From: a virus
Reading direction: 5' to 3' (one strand)
IMG/VR virus record: IMGVR_UViG_3300037155_000072
Span: 1-64,000 of that record
DNA: 64,000 nt
Part shown: positions 9,672 to 18,817 of the stretch, in pieces
How positions within the stretch are numbered: position 1 is the stretch's first letter
How the letters are laid out: every line of letters begins with the position of its first letter
Position numbers and translations under genes: made by a program
The notes under the pieces: model-generated
What the model was told of the DNA's origin: nothing
Seen by the model: only the letters and a program-made list of their open reading frames with translations
Database searches by the model: none

Positions 9672-9684
9672 AGATAATGATACC

Positions 9685-10062
9685 ATGAAACAGCTTAACC
9701 TTGACCTCGGCCAGACCCACGAAGAACGCTACGGTTCCGGACTTTCGATGCCGGACAAGGATGAGGAACACTACCCCTCGTTCACCTATAGCGGCGAGGA
9801 CGAACTCGAATTGCCCGAGTGTGGCAAGATGGTAATTGAGTTTGAGGAGGGGGGCAGCTCGAAGGCCAAACGAGACGGCGAGGACTACTACACCTGCACG
9901 ATTAAGGTGCGAAAAATTCTCGGCGTAGAGGCCGAGAAGAAGGACAATAAAGAAGCCAAGGCGGGCGAGGCCCTCGACGCAATCAAGGAAGCCCTAGAGT
10001 CCGCCGATGAAGACGACGAAGGTGCAGACGACGAAGGTGAAGACGACGAAGGTGAAGAATAA
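9685..10062 (+). CDS. Small acidic protein of unknown function
   Basis: Start moved to ATG 9685 (MKQLNLDLG), downstream of the promoter motif; D/E-rich C-terminus. Confidence 0.6.
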   Translation: MKQLNLDLGQTHEERYGSGLSMPDKDEEHYPSFTYSGEDELELPECGKMVIEFEEGGSSKAKRDGEDYYTCTIKVRKILGVEAEKKDNKEAKAGEALDAIKEALESADEDDEGADDEGEDDEGEE

Positions 10063-10065
10063 TTT

Positions 10066-11070
10066 ATGTTCAGGGTTGATGACGTCTTCGACGAGGCAAA
10101 AAAAATCTTTGGCGCTTGCGACGATGGCCAGCTTTTTAAGTGGCTGGGCGATGCTGTTTCCCTTATCTGCAACAAGGCGGACCTGGAGGGGTGGAAGGGC
10201 TACCTCGATATTTGCACCACCGGCTGCCATTGTGAGGGAAGCAGCCCCTGCAACTCGCCAAGGGGCTGTGGCCGACTGTGCGTTACACTTCCCCGAGAGG
10301 TTCAGACTGTCATCGGGGTCAACATTGCTGGGCGGCCTGCTTTGGGATTTGACCAGCTCTTCGAATTCCATTTAAACGGTCCCGGTAGCAAAGACCACAA
10401 AACTTGCGACTGGACTTGGGCGGACCAGGGACATTTTCACAGCACCTACCGCGATTTAGTTTTCCCGGCGAAGCTCATTTCGTATCTTCAGCTCCCCGAC
10501 GACAACGGGAAGCGGTTCATCGTTTACGGGTTCGACACTGCCGGGCAAGTCCTGCGACGGTTCGAAAACGGCCAGTGGCTGAACGGCTACCTCGTGCCGA
10601 CAATCTACGGCTATGCAATTCCCGAGGCTTCAGCCCCCCTAATCGCTCGAATTACCGGCGTTTTCAAGGAGCGTTCGGCCGGGTCTATGCGGCTCTCGAC
10701 GGTTGACGACTCTGGAACTACTGGGACCCTCCTGGGAGTTTACGAGCCGGATGAAACCCTCCCCCAGTATCGCCGAATCAAACTCAACCGCGCGTGTAAC
10801 TGGGTCAGGATTGCTTACCTGAAAAACAATCCCATTTTCACCAGCCGCTACGACCACATCGAACTTTCTAGCCGGATTGGTTTTCTTTTGGCGATGCAGG
10901 CAAGAAAAATGTATAAGGATTTGCGCACGGACGAGGCCCACTCTTTTGAAGCGGATGCGGCGCGACTGGAGCAAGAAGCTCAGTGGAAGATGGACCCCCC
11001 GACCTACATGCCCCCGCAGGTTAACGACATGAATAACATCCGGGACAAGGCCGATTACGACATTCGATGA
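10066..11070 (+). CDS. Probable head-tail adaptor (tail tubular protein A-like)
   Basis: Position before the nozzle-like gene; helical N- and C-termini with a beta-rich middle; inferred from synteny. Confidence 0.45.
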   Translation: MFRVDDVFDEAKKIFGACDDGQLFKWLGDAVSLICNKADLEGWKGYLDICTTGCHCEGSSPCNSPRGCGRLCVTLPREVQTVIGVNIAGRPALGFDQLFEFHLNGPGSKDHKTCDWTWADQGHFHSTYRDLVFPAKLISYLQLPDDNGKRFIVYGFDTAGQVLRRFENGQWLNGYLVPTIYGYAIPEASAPLIARITGVFKERSAGSMRLSTVDDSGTTGTLLGVYEPDETLPQYRRIKLNRACNWVRIAYLKNNPIFTSRYDHIELSSRIGFLLAMQARKMYKDLRTDEAHSFEADAARLEQEAQWKMDPPTYMPPQVNDMNNIRDKADYDIR

Positions 11071-13076
11071 ACGCGGCCCAGATACAAATTGACTGGGACA
11101 TGACATTCTTCCGAGGTGCGAAGTCGGACCAGGACCCTTCTTCTCTCCCGCAGGGATATTATTTCACCGGGCTGAATATGCTCAACGTGGGCGGCGTTCT
11201 CTCGACCCGGCCCGGGTATAACTGCGTCGTGAAGCTAGCGGACGGGCGACTCCAGGGCGCGGCATTGTTCCGGCCTATCTTGGGACTTGAGCAGATTCTC
11301 GTAGCAATCCAGGGGCAGGTTTTCGTTTCTACATTCCCCTTCGAGACTTTTGCGCTCGTGCCCAACATAACACTTTCCCCCAGCGCCAAGCAGGTTTTTT
11401 GGGCTCAGTGTTTGCAAGCGGCGATGCGAACCTCGCCAGGGCTTGTCTCTGCAATCACTCTGATTCCCCCCAAAGCAATCATGTTCATCACGGACGGGGC
11501 CGAGTCGGCTCCCGCGTGGTATGACGGTGCGAACGCCGGTCAGGTCAGTGGGAATTCCCTGGACACTCCCGGCGGCGGCCCGATGGCTTGGGTTGGAGAC
11601 CGGCTATGGATTGGGCGGGACAACCAAGTATTTGCGTCCGACATTGCCAACCCATTTAGCTTCCGCGAGAGAGTATATCTCGGCGGAAGTGAATCGTTTT
11701 ACTTCAACGGAGAAGTCACCGCCTTAGTTCCTACTCCGTCTGTTGAGTCTCCCCAGCTTTTCGTATTCACCGCGCAGAACGGCTCAATCATCCAGGCGAA
11801 TATCCGAGACCGGACTCAGTGGCCGATTACCCCGGATTTCCAAAGCGAGGTTATTCAAGTGGGCTGCCGCGCGCCACGTTCGGCAAAGTCCCACTACGGT
11901 CATTTGATTTGGTTTTCGCAGTCGGGCGTTGCAATTTACGACCCGGCCACTTCTGGAAAACTGACAGCGCGCTTGCCCGTCCGAGACAATGAAATGCTGG
12001 CCAGCAAAGCGTATATCGACAACGATGTCAGCCTAGTCGCCGGAGGGACGTTCGGACAGTTTTTCATGATGAGTGTCCCGAGTGAAGATATTTTCAACAA
12101 GCACACCTGGGTCATGAACAACGCTAGCTTCGCAACTCTGAACGATGATTCAGGCCCCTCGTGGGCCGGGCTATGGACGGGAACGCGGCCGGTAGAGTGG
12201 GTGTGCGGGGAGATTGCCGGGGTAGAACGCGCGTTCTATGTTTCGGTGGACGTAGACGGTCACAACCGTCTTTGGGAAGCTTTTCAACCGAACCGCCTAG
12301 ACAATGGTTGCCCGATTACGTGGGCAGTTGAAACCCGTTCGCACTTCGGTATTACCTCCTCGAATCCCCAGAAGCCCCCGGGCTCCCGATGCCGCCTGAC
12401 CTGGATGGACGTTGCTTTGGCCGGGGTTCCTGAAGACCTGGACATTGCTGTATTTTTCGCTGGCGGACCTCGGGGTGCATATCGCCCCATGCTCACGAAG
12501 CAGCTCTCGATTCAGCGCGGCAGCCTGGACTCCGGCCAAGAAATCACAATGGCGTCCTCGCTCTTTGCTTTCAAGCCTCAATCTCGGGTGGTTCGGACTG
12601 AGGACGCAAATAACCAAGCGGCCGACCCGCTTGCGGGCTCGTGCGGAGTCGAGAGAATCGACAACGACAACGTAGATGAGAGCTTTCAATTTCTGATTGT
12701 AGGGCATGGCCCGGCGACCATTCGCTGGATTCGCTCCTTCGCTTATCCGGTGCCCGAAGACACGGCTGGCGATGGGCTGGCGTGTTCTGATGAAACGCGT
12801 TTAAACGCCGTGCGGTTCGATGGCGTTGCCGCAGCGGCGGATGACATAGGGTCCCTAATCGCCGAGCTCAGCACCGCGACAACCCAGGGTTTCTTTTCGA
12901 ATCAGACACAGGTTTTGCGCAACGGTGATTTTAGTGCGGTGGGCGTGGGCTCCGCAGAGAGCATCGTCTCGCAAAAGGCGGCCGACAGGGTTGCCACGAT
13001 TGTAGCTACACAACAGGCTCAGGCGGAGCTTGACTCCGTGGTGCCGCCCGTTTTATCGGTTGGGCTTGGATTATGA
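11067..13076 (+). CDS. Probable tail nozzle (tubular protein B / P22 gp10-like) beta-propeller protein
   Basis: 669 aa, N-terminal N..NVGGVLSTRPG motif, DRLW..R..VFASD repeats, podovirus synteny. Confidence 0.55.
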   Translation: MNAAQIQIDWDMTFFRGAKSDQDPSSLPQGYYFTGLNMLNVGGVLSTRPGYNCVVKLADGRLQGAALFRPILGLEQILVAIQGQVFVSTFPFETFALVPNITLSPSAKQVFWAQCLQAAMRTSPGLVSAITLIPPKAIMFITDGAESAPAWYDGANAGQVSGNSLDTPGGGPMAWVGDRLWIGRDNQVFASDIANPFSFRERVYLGGSESFYFNGEVTALVPTPSVESPQLFVFTAQNGSIIQANIRDRTQWPITPDFQSEVIQVGCRAPRSAKSHYGHLIWFSQSGVAIYDPATSGKLTARLPVRDNEMLASKAYIDNDVSLVAGGTFGQFFMMSVPSEDIFNKHTWVMNNASFATLNDDSGPSWAGLWTGTRPVEWVCGEIAGVERAFYVSVDVDGHNRLWEAFQPNRLDNGCPITWAVETRSHFGITSSNPQKPPGSRCRLTWMDVALAGVPEDLDIAVFFAGGPRGAYRPMLTKQLSIQRGSLDSGQEITMASSLFAFKPQSRVVRTEDANNQAADPLAGSCGVERIDNDNVDESFQFLIVGHGPATIRWIRSFAYPVPEDTAGDGLACSDETRLNAVRFDGVAAAADDIGSLIAELSTATTQGFFSNQTQVLRNGDFSAVGVGSAESIVSQKAADRVATIVATQQAQAELDSVVPPVLSVGLGL

Positions 13077-14158
13077 ACACAATCCTGGAAATGCTTTTTC
13101 TCCGTCGCCCGCGCATTGAATACGTGTCGTCGCCGGTTTGTCCAATTCACTTCAGTGCCAGCGGAACCGCTTTTTTTGACCAATGCTTCAACGACTTGGC
13201 CTTCTGCTCCGGAGTGAATATTAACGGCAATTTTCTAAACTTCCAGGAACCTTCAGATGGGCTTGCCTACAACGTCTACGTTTCTACGCAACCGTCCGGG
13301 CAGCCATTTCAGATTATGAATGACGGTCTGCTCCCCGGGCAGGCCGTGGTTTTCACAGACGGAATTTACTGGTTCACGATTAACACCCCCGCCGGGGAGT
13401 CACTACCATTCCCTTCTACGGCTGCTCCGGGAGGAGTGTATGTTATCCTTCAAATTCCAAAAACTTCTGATGCCGGGAGTTGGAATCTTTACCGCAGTGG
13501 AGTGAAGTTGATTTCTTCGTTTACCGGCACTGTCGTAGAATGTTCAGTTGAGGGCTGGTATCAGGCGACGAAAATTACCGTAGACGGAGAAACCCCCTTG
13601 TCTGGGTGTCATCCGATTTTATTGGGCGTTCCGGCTCCGCCTCCTCCGCCCCCACCTCCCGGTCCCAACTGGGATGTAGCTACTGAAATTGCGGCTTGGC
13701 AGGTCTACACGGGAGATTTTGGCGGGACGTTTCCTCCAGTCGTTTCCTACGGCATGACAGGCCCCGGGTTTAACAAGGCGGGATTTTCCACCATTACGGC
13801 GGGTCTTAATTTTAACTACGCGTGCTATTCCTGGCAGGGGTCTCTCTTCTATACCGGTCCGGATGCACACTGTCGGCTGACGCTGGCAGTCACGACGGAT
13901 TCTCTAAGTGGTATTGTCTTCTGGGTTGGGCCGTTTCTAGGGACCGGGCTCGCCTCCTACATCTCAACTGTCGGACAGGGCGGTGCTGCAATAATCCCGA
14001 ACGCCCCGTCCGGGGTTTACGTTCAGGATTTCTTCGTCCCCTCCGGACCGTTTACTTTGTTCTTTAATCTAAGCGGATGCACTGGACCTAAACCCGGTCC
14101 CGGGCCGGGGTTCAGCTCCTCACTAAACGTATCCCTAATGTTCGAAAACATTCCCTAA
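13073..14158 (+). CDS. Tail-associated protein with poly-Pro linker
   Basis: Beta-rich two-part protein in the tail operon. Confidence 0.45.
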   Translation: MNTILEMLFLRRPRIEYVSSPVCPIHFSASGTAFFDQCFNDLAFCSGVNINGNFLNFQEPSDGLAYNVYVSTQPSGQPFQIMNDGLLPGQAVVFTDGIYWFTINTPAGESLPFPSTAAPGGVYVILQIPKTSDAGSWNLYRSGVKLISSFTGTVVECSVEGWYQATKITVDGETPLSGCHPILLGVPAPPPPPPPPGPNWDVATEIAAWQVYTGDFGGTFPPVVSYGMTGPGFNKAGFSTITAGLNFNYACYSWQGSLFYTGPDAHCRLTLAVTTDSLSGIVFWVGPFLGTGLASYISTVGQGGAAIIPNAPSGVYVQDFFVPSGPFTLFFNLSGCTGPKPGPGPGFSSSLNVSLMFENIP

Positions 14159-14161
14159 TTT

Positions 14162-14992
14162 ATGTCATTAGTCTCAACTAACTTGTTCATTCAGATGGCG
14201 CAGTTGCCCGTCACATTCAAAGGCAGCCCACAGGACCTCTCCGTGGAGATGGTGAAGCGCATGCGAATCGTGTCGCCCAACGGAGTGAACTTCATTTTCA
14301 TTGGCGACGTTGCGCCCACATCGAATGTCGGCCCCTGGCTTAGGGGCGGAACGCAGTGGTGGGTCTGGGATACCGCGACCAACCAATACGTGCCCCTGGA
14401 CTTAAGCGCGTCGTTCACTACGCCTTTTGCAATCGGGAACAGCACTCCTTCGGCGACCAATCCTCCGGTGTGGTTGCGGACTACCCAGGACCGGTCAGAC
14501 GTAAATCCTACCGCTGTCGGGGAGCCGCTCGGCTGGTTTGTTTTCGACGGCGTTTCTTGGGTGCCGTTCAACAGTCTTGTGAATTCTGGCGGCACCGCTG
14601 GCAGACCCTCGAATCCGGTTAATTTGCAGCAGTATTTCGATTCAGACATCGGAACCCTTATATGGTTCGAAGGCGGGAACTGGAAAACGGTGGACGGTGT
14701 GCGAGGGGATTTGAAGTTCGTTACGGCGGCGACCGCGGCCGCTGCCCTACTGCCTAACCCGGGGTGGGCGATTGCTGTGAGTCAGTTTCCCCAGTTCGCG
14801 GGATTAGCTCCCGTGACGGCTACGAGCGACCCCGGTTTAGCGCCAGCTTTCACAATCGCACCGTCCGCCGGGGCCGCCGCGCAACCACAGGGTGCGGTTG
14901 TCGGAACCGGTCCGCAACTCTTGCAAATTAACCCCCTCTCGGCCTTGGCCTACACGCCAACTATTGCCCTCCACCTTCTAGTCAAGCTGTAA
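14162..14992 (+). CDS. Tail fibre/collar-like protein
   Basis: Trp-rich repeats and a GTAGRPSNP...QYFDSDIG.LIWF.G.NW fibre motif. Confidence 0.5.
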   Translation: MSLVSTNLFIQMAQLPVTFKGSPQDLSVEMVKRMRIVSPNGVNFIFIGDVAPTSNVGPWLRGGTQWWVWDTATNQYVPLDLSASFTTPFAIGNSTPSATNPPVWLRTTQDRSDVNPTAVGEPLGWFVFDGVSWVPFNSLVNSGGTAGRPSNPVNLQQYFDSDIGTLIWFEGGNWKTVDGVRGDLKFVTAATAAAALLPNPGWAIAVSQFPQFAGLAPVTATSDPGLAPAFTIAPSAGAAAQPQGAVVGTGPQLLQINPLSALAYTPTIALHLLVKL

Positions 14993-15029
14993 GCTACGGG
15001 CTGGAGATGCGAGGTAACTACTTGAGTGA

Positions 15030-15470
15030 ATGGTCTATCGTCTGCCCGCGAATCTAGTCAAGCAAGCCGTCCTGGATGTCGGCACGCGGATGATGCCCGA
15101 TTTGAAGTATTGGGCTCCGGTGAATCTGGAATTTTTGGGAAACGCCTGGGAGAAAATGTGCGCGCACGATTCGTGTCGCGCTTACGGTTTGGATATGGGC
15201 GGAGCGACAGTTGGGTTGCTCCTCGGGATGATGATGCCGGACCTGAACTCGGGCTGCCTCCAGGGCATCGAGTTTTTCTGGGGAGTGGAAAAGAAATTTC
15301 GGTCGCGGGCGGTCGGGCTTCTTCGCAGGTTCGAAAAGGACTGCAAAGAAGCGGGGTGTTTGGTGGTGGTTGCCGGGGCAATTCAGAGCATGAACCCTGA
15401 AAAGATGTTCAAGCTCTATGACCGATTGGGTTACCACTTGCACACGGAAGAATATTTGAAGAGATTATGA
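15030..15470 (+). CDS. GNAT-family acetyltransferase-like protein
   Basis: EFFWGVEKKFRSRAVGLL...LYDRLGY GNAT pattern; usual podovirus position between tail and ejection genes; preceded by GTAACTACTT at 15014. Confidence 0.75.
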   Translation: MVYRLPANLVKQAVLDVGTRMMPDLKYWAPVNLEFLGNAWEKMCAHDSCRAYGLDMGGATVGLLLGMMMPDLNSGCLQGIEFFWGVEKKFRSRAVGLLRRFEKDCKEAGCLVVVAGAIQSMNPEKMFKLYDRLGYHLHTEEYLKRL

Positions 15471-15793
15471 GCACTTTTATACCGGATTACGGGTTTTTGA
15501 ACGGCGCCCCTAAAGGATGCAACCGTTGCGGAAGGGTGCTGCCCGCAACCCGAGAGTATTTTCGGGTTGATAACGCCATAAAGTGCGGGATTGCGCCGCT
15601 GTGCCTACGCTGTCAAGTGGACAAGACCGCTTCTGACGCTGCTCGGGACCCGAATGCTGGGAGTGCGCGGGTGAGGCGATGGGCGGTGTTCGAGTTGAAA
15701 CACTCGGAAGAGCAGGAAATCGCTTTTCATTGGTCCAATCAACGTCCCTTGTCCGGAGTCGAAAACCGGGCGAAGAGGGATAAAATAATTTAA
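15467..15793 (+). pseudogene. Internally deleted HNH endonuclease remnant
   Basis: N-terminal CxxC..CxxC finger joined directly to the FEL...EEQ..AFHWSNQRPL...ENRAK.DK C-terminal tail; the H-x-D-H catalytic strand is absent. Confidence 0.55.
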
Positions 15794-15805
15794 CGTAACG
15801 CATTT

Positions 15806-16816
15806 ATGGGTAGTATCATAGGGGCTGGGGGGGCTATCATGGCAGGCGCGGTGCAGGCTGACGCGGTAAAAGGCGCAGCGGCCGCGCAACAGGCGTCTCT
15901 AACTCAGGAGTTGAATAACATCAACCTGGGGATGGACCCGGCGACAGTCACCGCGATTGCAAACACCGCAGGCCAGAACCAAGCGGTGAATCAGCTCGCG
16001 CTTCAGAAGCTCGTTGACCCATCTCTTGCGGCGGTTCGCACTGGTGCCAGCGCGGATATAAACAGCAGCGTCAACGCAATTAATGACCCGAATTCTCAGT
16101 CGAATCAGATTGCGACTGCGGCAGTTCAAAACGCTACCACTGGCAGCGCGGGACTTGACCAGGGAAAGTCGGCATTGATTTCAGCGGCGCTTGACCAGCT
16201 CAAAGCCGGGGCCACGTTGCCTCCGGATGTCGAGGCACAGATGATGCAGGCCGGTCTCTCCCAGGGCGGCTCAGCTACCGGCTCAGCGACCGGCACGGGT
16301 ATGGGCGGCAACATTCTCCGCACTGTCCTCGGCACCGCAGGACTTAATCTCCAGCAGCAACGGCAGTCCCAGGCGGCCGGACTTCTCCAGCAGGCCGGTG
16401 TGCTCCAGCAGCAAAAGCAGAACACGCTGCAAACACTTTTTCCGTCGCTGGCCCAGACACAGCTTAGCAACCTCAGCGGCACTCAGGGTGCCCTAGCTCA
16501 ATCAAATTCTTTAATGCCGAATACCGGCCTCTCCGCTACGCAGACCGCCAATCTTTGGCTACAACGTGTCGGCGCGCAGAATCAGGTCTACACCGGTCAG
16601 GGTGGCGTGAAGGCACAGGGTATTATGGGCCAGGGCCAAGCTTGGTCCCAGGCTATCGGCACCGCGTCGAGCGACATCGGCTCCGGCGTCAATAGTATGG
16701 GCATGGGCGGCATGGGCGGCGGCATGGGCGGAGGCGGAGGCGGCGGCGGCGGCGGCGGTGGCAACATCGCGGGTCCTGGCGGCGGCGGCTCTTTTAACTC
16801 CTTCAACTACGTTTAA
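15806..16816 (+). CDS. Internal virion / DNA ejection protein 1
   Basis: Gly/Ala/Gln-rich, hydrophobic N-terminus MGSIIGAGGAIMAGA, almost no aromatics, typical position. Confidence 0.65.
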   Translation: MGSIIGAGGAIMAGAVQADAVKGAAAAQQASLTQELNNINLGMDPATVTAIANTAGQNQAVNQLALQKLVDPSLAAVRTGASADINSSVNAINDPNSQSNQIATAAVQNATTGSAGLDQGKSALISAALDQLKAGATLPPDVEAQMMQAGLSQGGSATGSATGTGMGGNILRTVLGTAGLNLQQQRQSQAAGLLQQAGVLQQQKQNTLQTLFPSLAQTQLSNLSGTQGALAQSNSLMPNTGLSATQTANLWLQRVGAQNQVYTGQGGVKAQGIMGQGQAWSQAIGTASSDIGSGVNSMGMGGMGGGMGGGGGGGGGGGGNIAGPGGGGSFNSFNYV

Positions 16817-16818
16817 AC

Positions 16819-18348
16819 ATGGCCTTTGGAAATCAGACGGAACAACCTTTAGTCGCGGGGCTTTCTTCGCAACCGGCCGTGACGGGACCGGCGAACGTCA
16901 TCACACCAGACGCTGTAACGGCGCTTGTCGATTCGTTCGGCAAGGGCGTGATAACGGGAGACGATATTAACGCGCATTCGGGATTCATGGCGCACTTGCG
17001 AGACCGCGCGGAAGCGCAGCGGCTTCAGGAGTCTACCAATCCCCAGTCGGTAGCGGCTCGGCAGGCCGCCCTGGAGTCCCAGACCGCAAACGCGAATCTC
17101 GTCACCGCCCAAGCTGGCGCACAGCAGGCGCAAATCCCCGCGAAGTCCGCCCTAGTCACCGCGCAGAATCAGAAAGCGCAGTCAGAAGTCTGGAATAAGC
17201 GCGCGACGGACGCCTACCTCGAATACAACCCCACGCTCTACAAAGAGGATGGGAGCACCCCAGACGTTGGAGGCATGGCAGAAGCCGGGCGGCACTATCT
17301 CCGCGCGCAGGACGCCTTGACGTATGCGGGCCAGGGTATGGCCAGCACTCCCTCGAAAGAGACTGACCCAACCACGAACCAGCCGATTGTGGTGCAGCGA
17401 AACTCTATGGGCGAGGACGTTACTCCCCGAGAAGATAATCCGGCCTACACCCACTACCGGGACCTACGCCAAAAAGCGATTGAAACCCTTTTCGCTCCGA
17501 CTAAGCCGCACGCGTCCCGTGATACGGGAACTGAGGTTCCGATTTCAGACGAGCCGCCTTCGGGGATGATTACCGCCCCTGGCGGCGCTCCTGCGCCTAC
17601 GGCAGATTTAGTGTCTCCCGTCACTCCTACGGCTCCCCCATACCCCTCCGTGGGTGCCCCAGCTCCGGTTTATCAGTCCGGCCAAGGGCGGCCGGTGGGA
17701 CCTATTCCTGGAACGACAGAACCGGAGACGCGCGCGGAGCTCGCGAAGATGCCCGCCTACGAACAATGGGCGCAGAAGGTAGGTAGTATTAACTCTTTTC
17801 AATCCGCCGCGCAGAAAAGTATGGCCGATTCTTCGGATACTACTCTCGGGGTGCCGGTTCGAAATCAATCGGACATCGCCCTGATTAATGCGGTGAAGCA
17901 ACTAGCTTCGCCCGTGGTATCAGCGAGCACTGGCGGACGGGCGAGTCCAGACCTTCAGGCGAAGGCTTTGGAGGAGAATATGCCTTCCTGGGAGAGGGCC
18001 CAGGATTGGAAGCAGACTTTGCTCCACCAGGGTATTCTGACCGATGGCACGCGCCGCCGGTTAATCGACATGGGCAACCAATATATCCGGGACAAGGAAA
18101 CTACGGTCAAGCCGAGTCTGCAATGGGCCGCGAAGAACGCCGGAAGCACTCCCGAAAAGCTTTGGGGAGATACCTCTTTTGAGGCTCGGCTCCTGCGAGG
18201 CGAGAGCTTAGCTTCTGCTCCGGCTGCCCCAGGTGCCGCCGCTCCTGGCGCTGCCCCGGCCGCCGCCAATTCAGGGGTTGTGATTCTAAAGACGGGGCCG
18301 TATGCTGGTTGGAAATATGACGCCCGGACCGGCACCGTTTCTCAATGA
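16819..18348 (+). CDS. Internal virion / DNA ejection protein 2
   Basis: Ala/Gln/Pro-rich helical protein following ejection protein 1. Confidence 0.55.
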   Translation: MAFGNQTEQPLVAGLSSQPAVTGPANVITPDAVTALVDSFGKGVITGDDINAHSGFMAHLRDRAEAQRLQESTNPQSVAARQAALESQTANANLVTAQAGAQQAQIPAKSALVTAQNQKAQSEVWNKRATDAYLEYNPTLYKEDGSTPDVGGMAEAGRHYLRAQDALTYAGQGMASTPSKETDPTTNQPIVVQRNSMGEDVTPREDNPAYTHYRDLRQKAIETLFAPTKPHASRDTGTEVPISDEPPSGMITAPGGAPAPTADLVSPVTPTAPPYPSVGAPAPVYQSGQGRPVGPIPGTTEPETRAELAKMPAYEQWAQKVGSINSFQSAAQKSMADSSDTTLGVPVRNQSDIALINAVKQLASPVVSASTGGRASPDLQAKALEENMPSWERAQDWKQTLLHQGILTDGTRRRLIDMGNQYIRDKETTVKPSLQWAAKNAGSTPEKLWGDTSFEARLLRGESLASAPAAPGAAAPGAAPAAANSGVVILKTGPYAGWKYDARTGTVSQ

Positions 18349-18355
18349 GAATATG

Positions 18356-18751
18356 TCACACTCTTTGGTTCGCCAACGCTGCATTTTGGACAAGTTCGTC
18401 TGCGTCCTCCGTGTCCTGACCTTCGCCAAGGAAGTGGCAGCGCAGGAAAAATTTAATTTCACACGGGGAGAATCCGGCATCATCCAGGGAACTCCAAAGC
18501 CAGCTATCATGTTGGCTCGAACCGGGCTGGCAACTATCAATCGCGGCGTGACTGCACCCCTCCATAATATTGAAAGCCAGGGTATGGCGGGCAGCCGCCT
18601 CATCTCCCTTTCGCTCCTGTTTAGCAAGCTGCGCCTGGGGGGAAGGACGCTTTTCAAACTCGGCCAAAACCCGGTCAATGCGCTTGTTCCGGCGATTGTA
18701 GCCCCAGACATAGCAGAATATTATGACGGCCCAAAATGCGGTTACATGCAT
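18356..18751 (-). CDS. Antisense single-TM membrane protein (moron-like)
   Basis: N-terminal hydrophobic segment; own promoter TTGACA(18781-18786)-N17-TAGTTT(18758-18763), 6 nt before the ATG. Confidence 0.6.
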   Translation of the reverse strand: MHVTAFWAVIIFCYVWGYNRRNKRIDRVLAEFEKRPSPQAQLAKQERKGDEAAARHTLAFNIMEGCSHAAIDSCQPGSSQHDSWLWSSLDDAGFSPCEIKFFLRCHFLGEGQDTEDADELVQNAALANQRV

Positions 18752-18817
18752 GCCTAAAAACTACCTGAGTTGCCGGAATATGTCAACCCCAATCTTACGA
18801 TTTCAGGAATCCTAATA

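Noticed and set aside
16695-16790. GGC-rich run as a regulatory microsatellite
   Set aside because: It is explained by the Gly/Met-rich tail of ejection protein 1.
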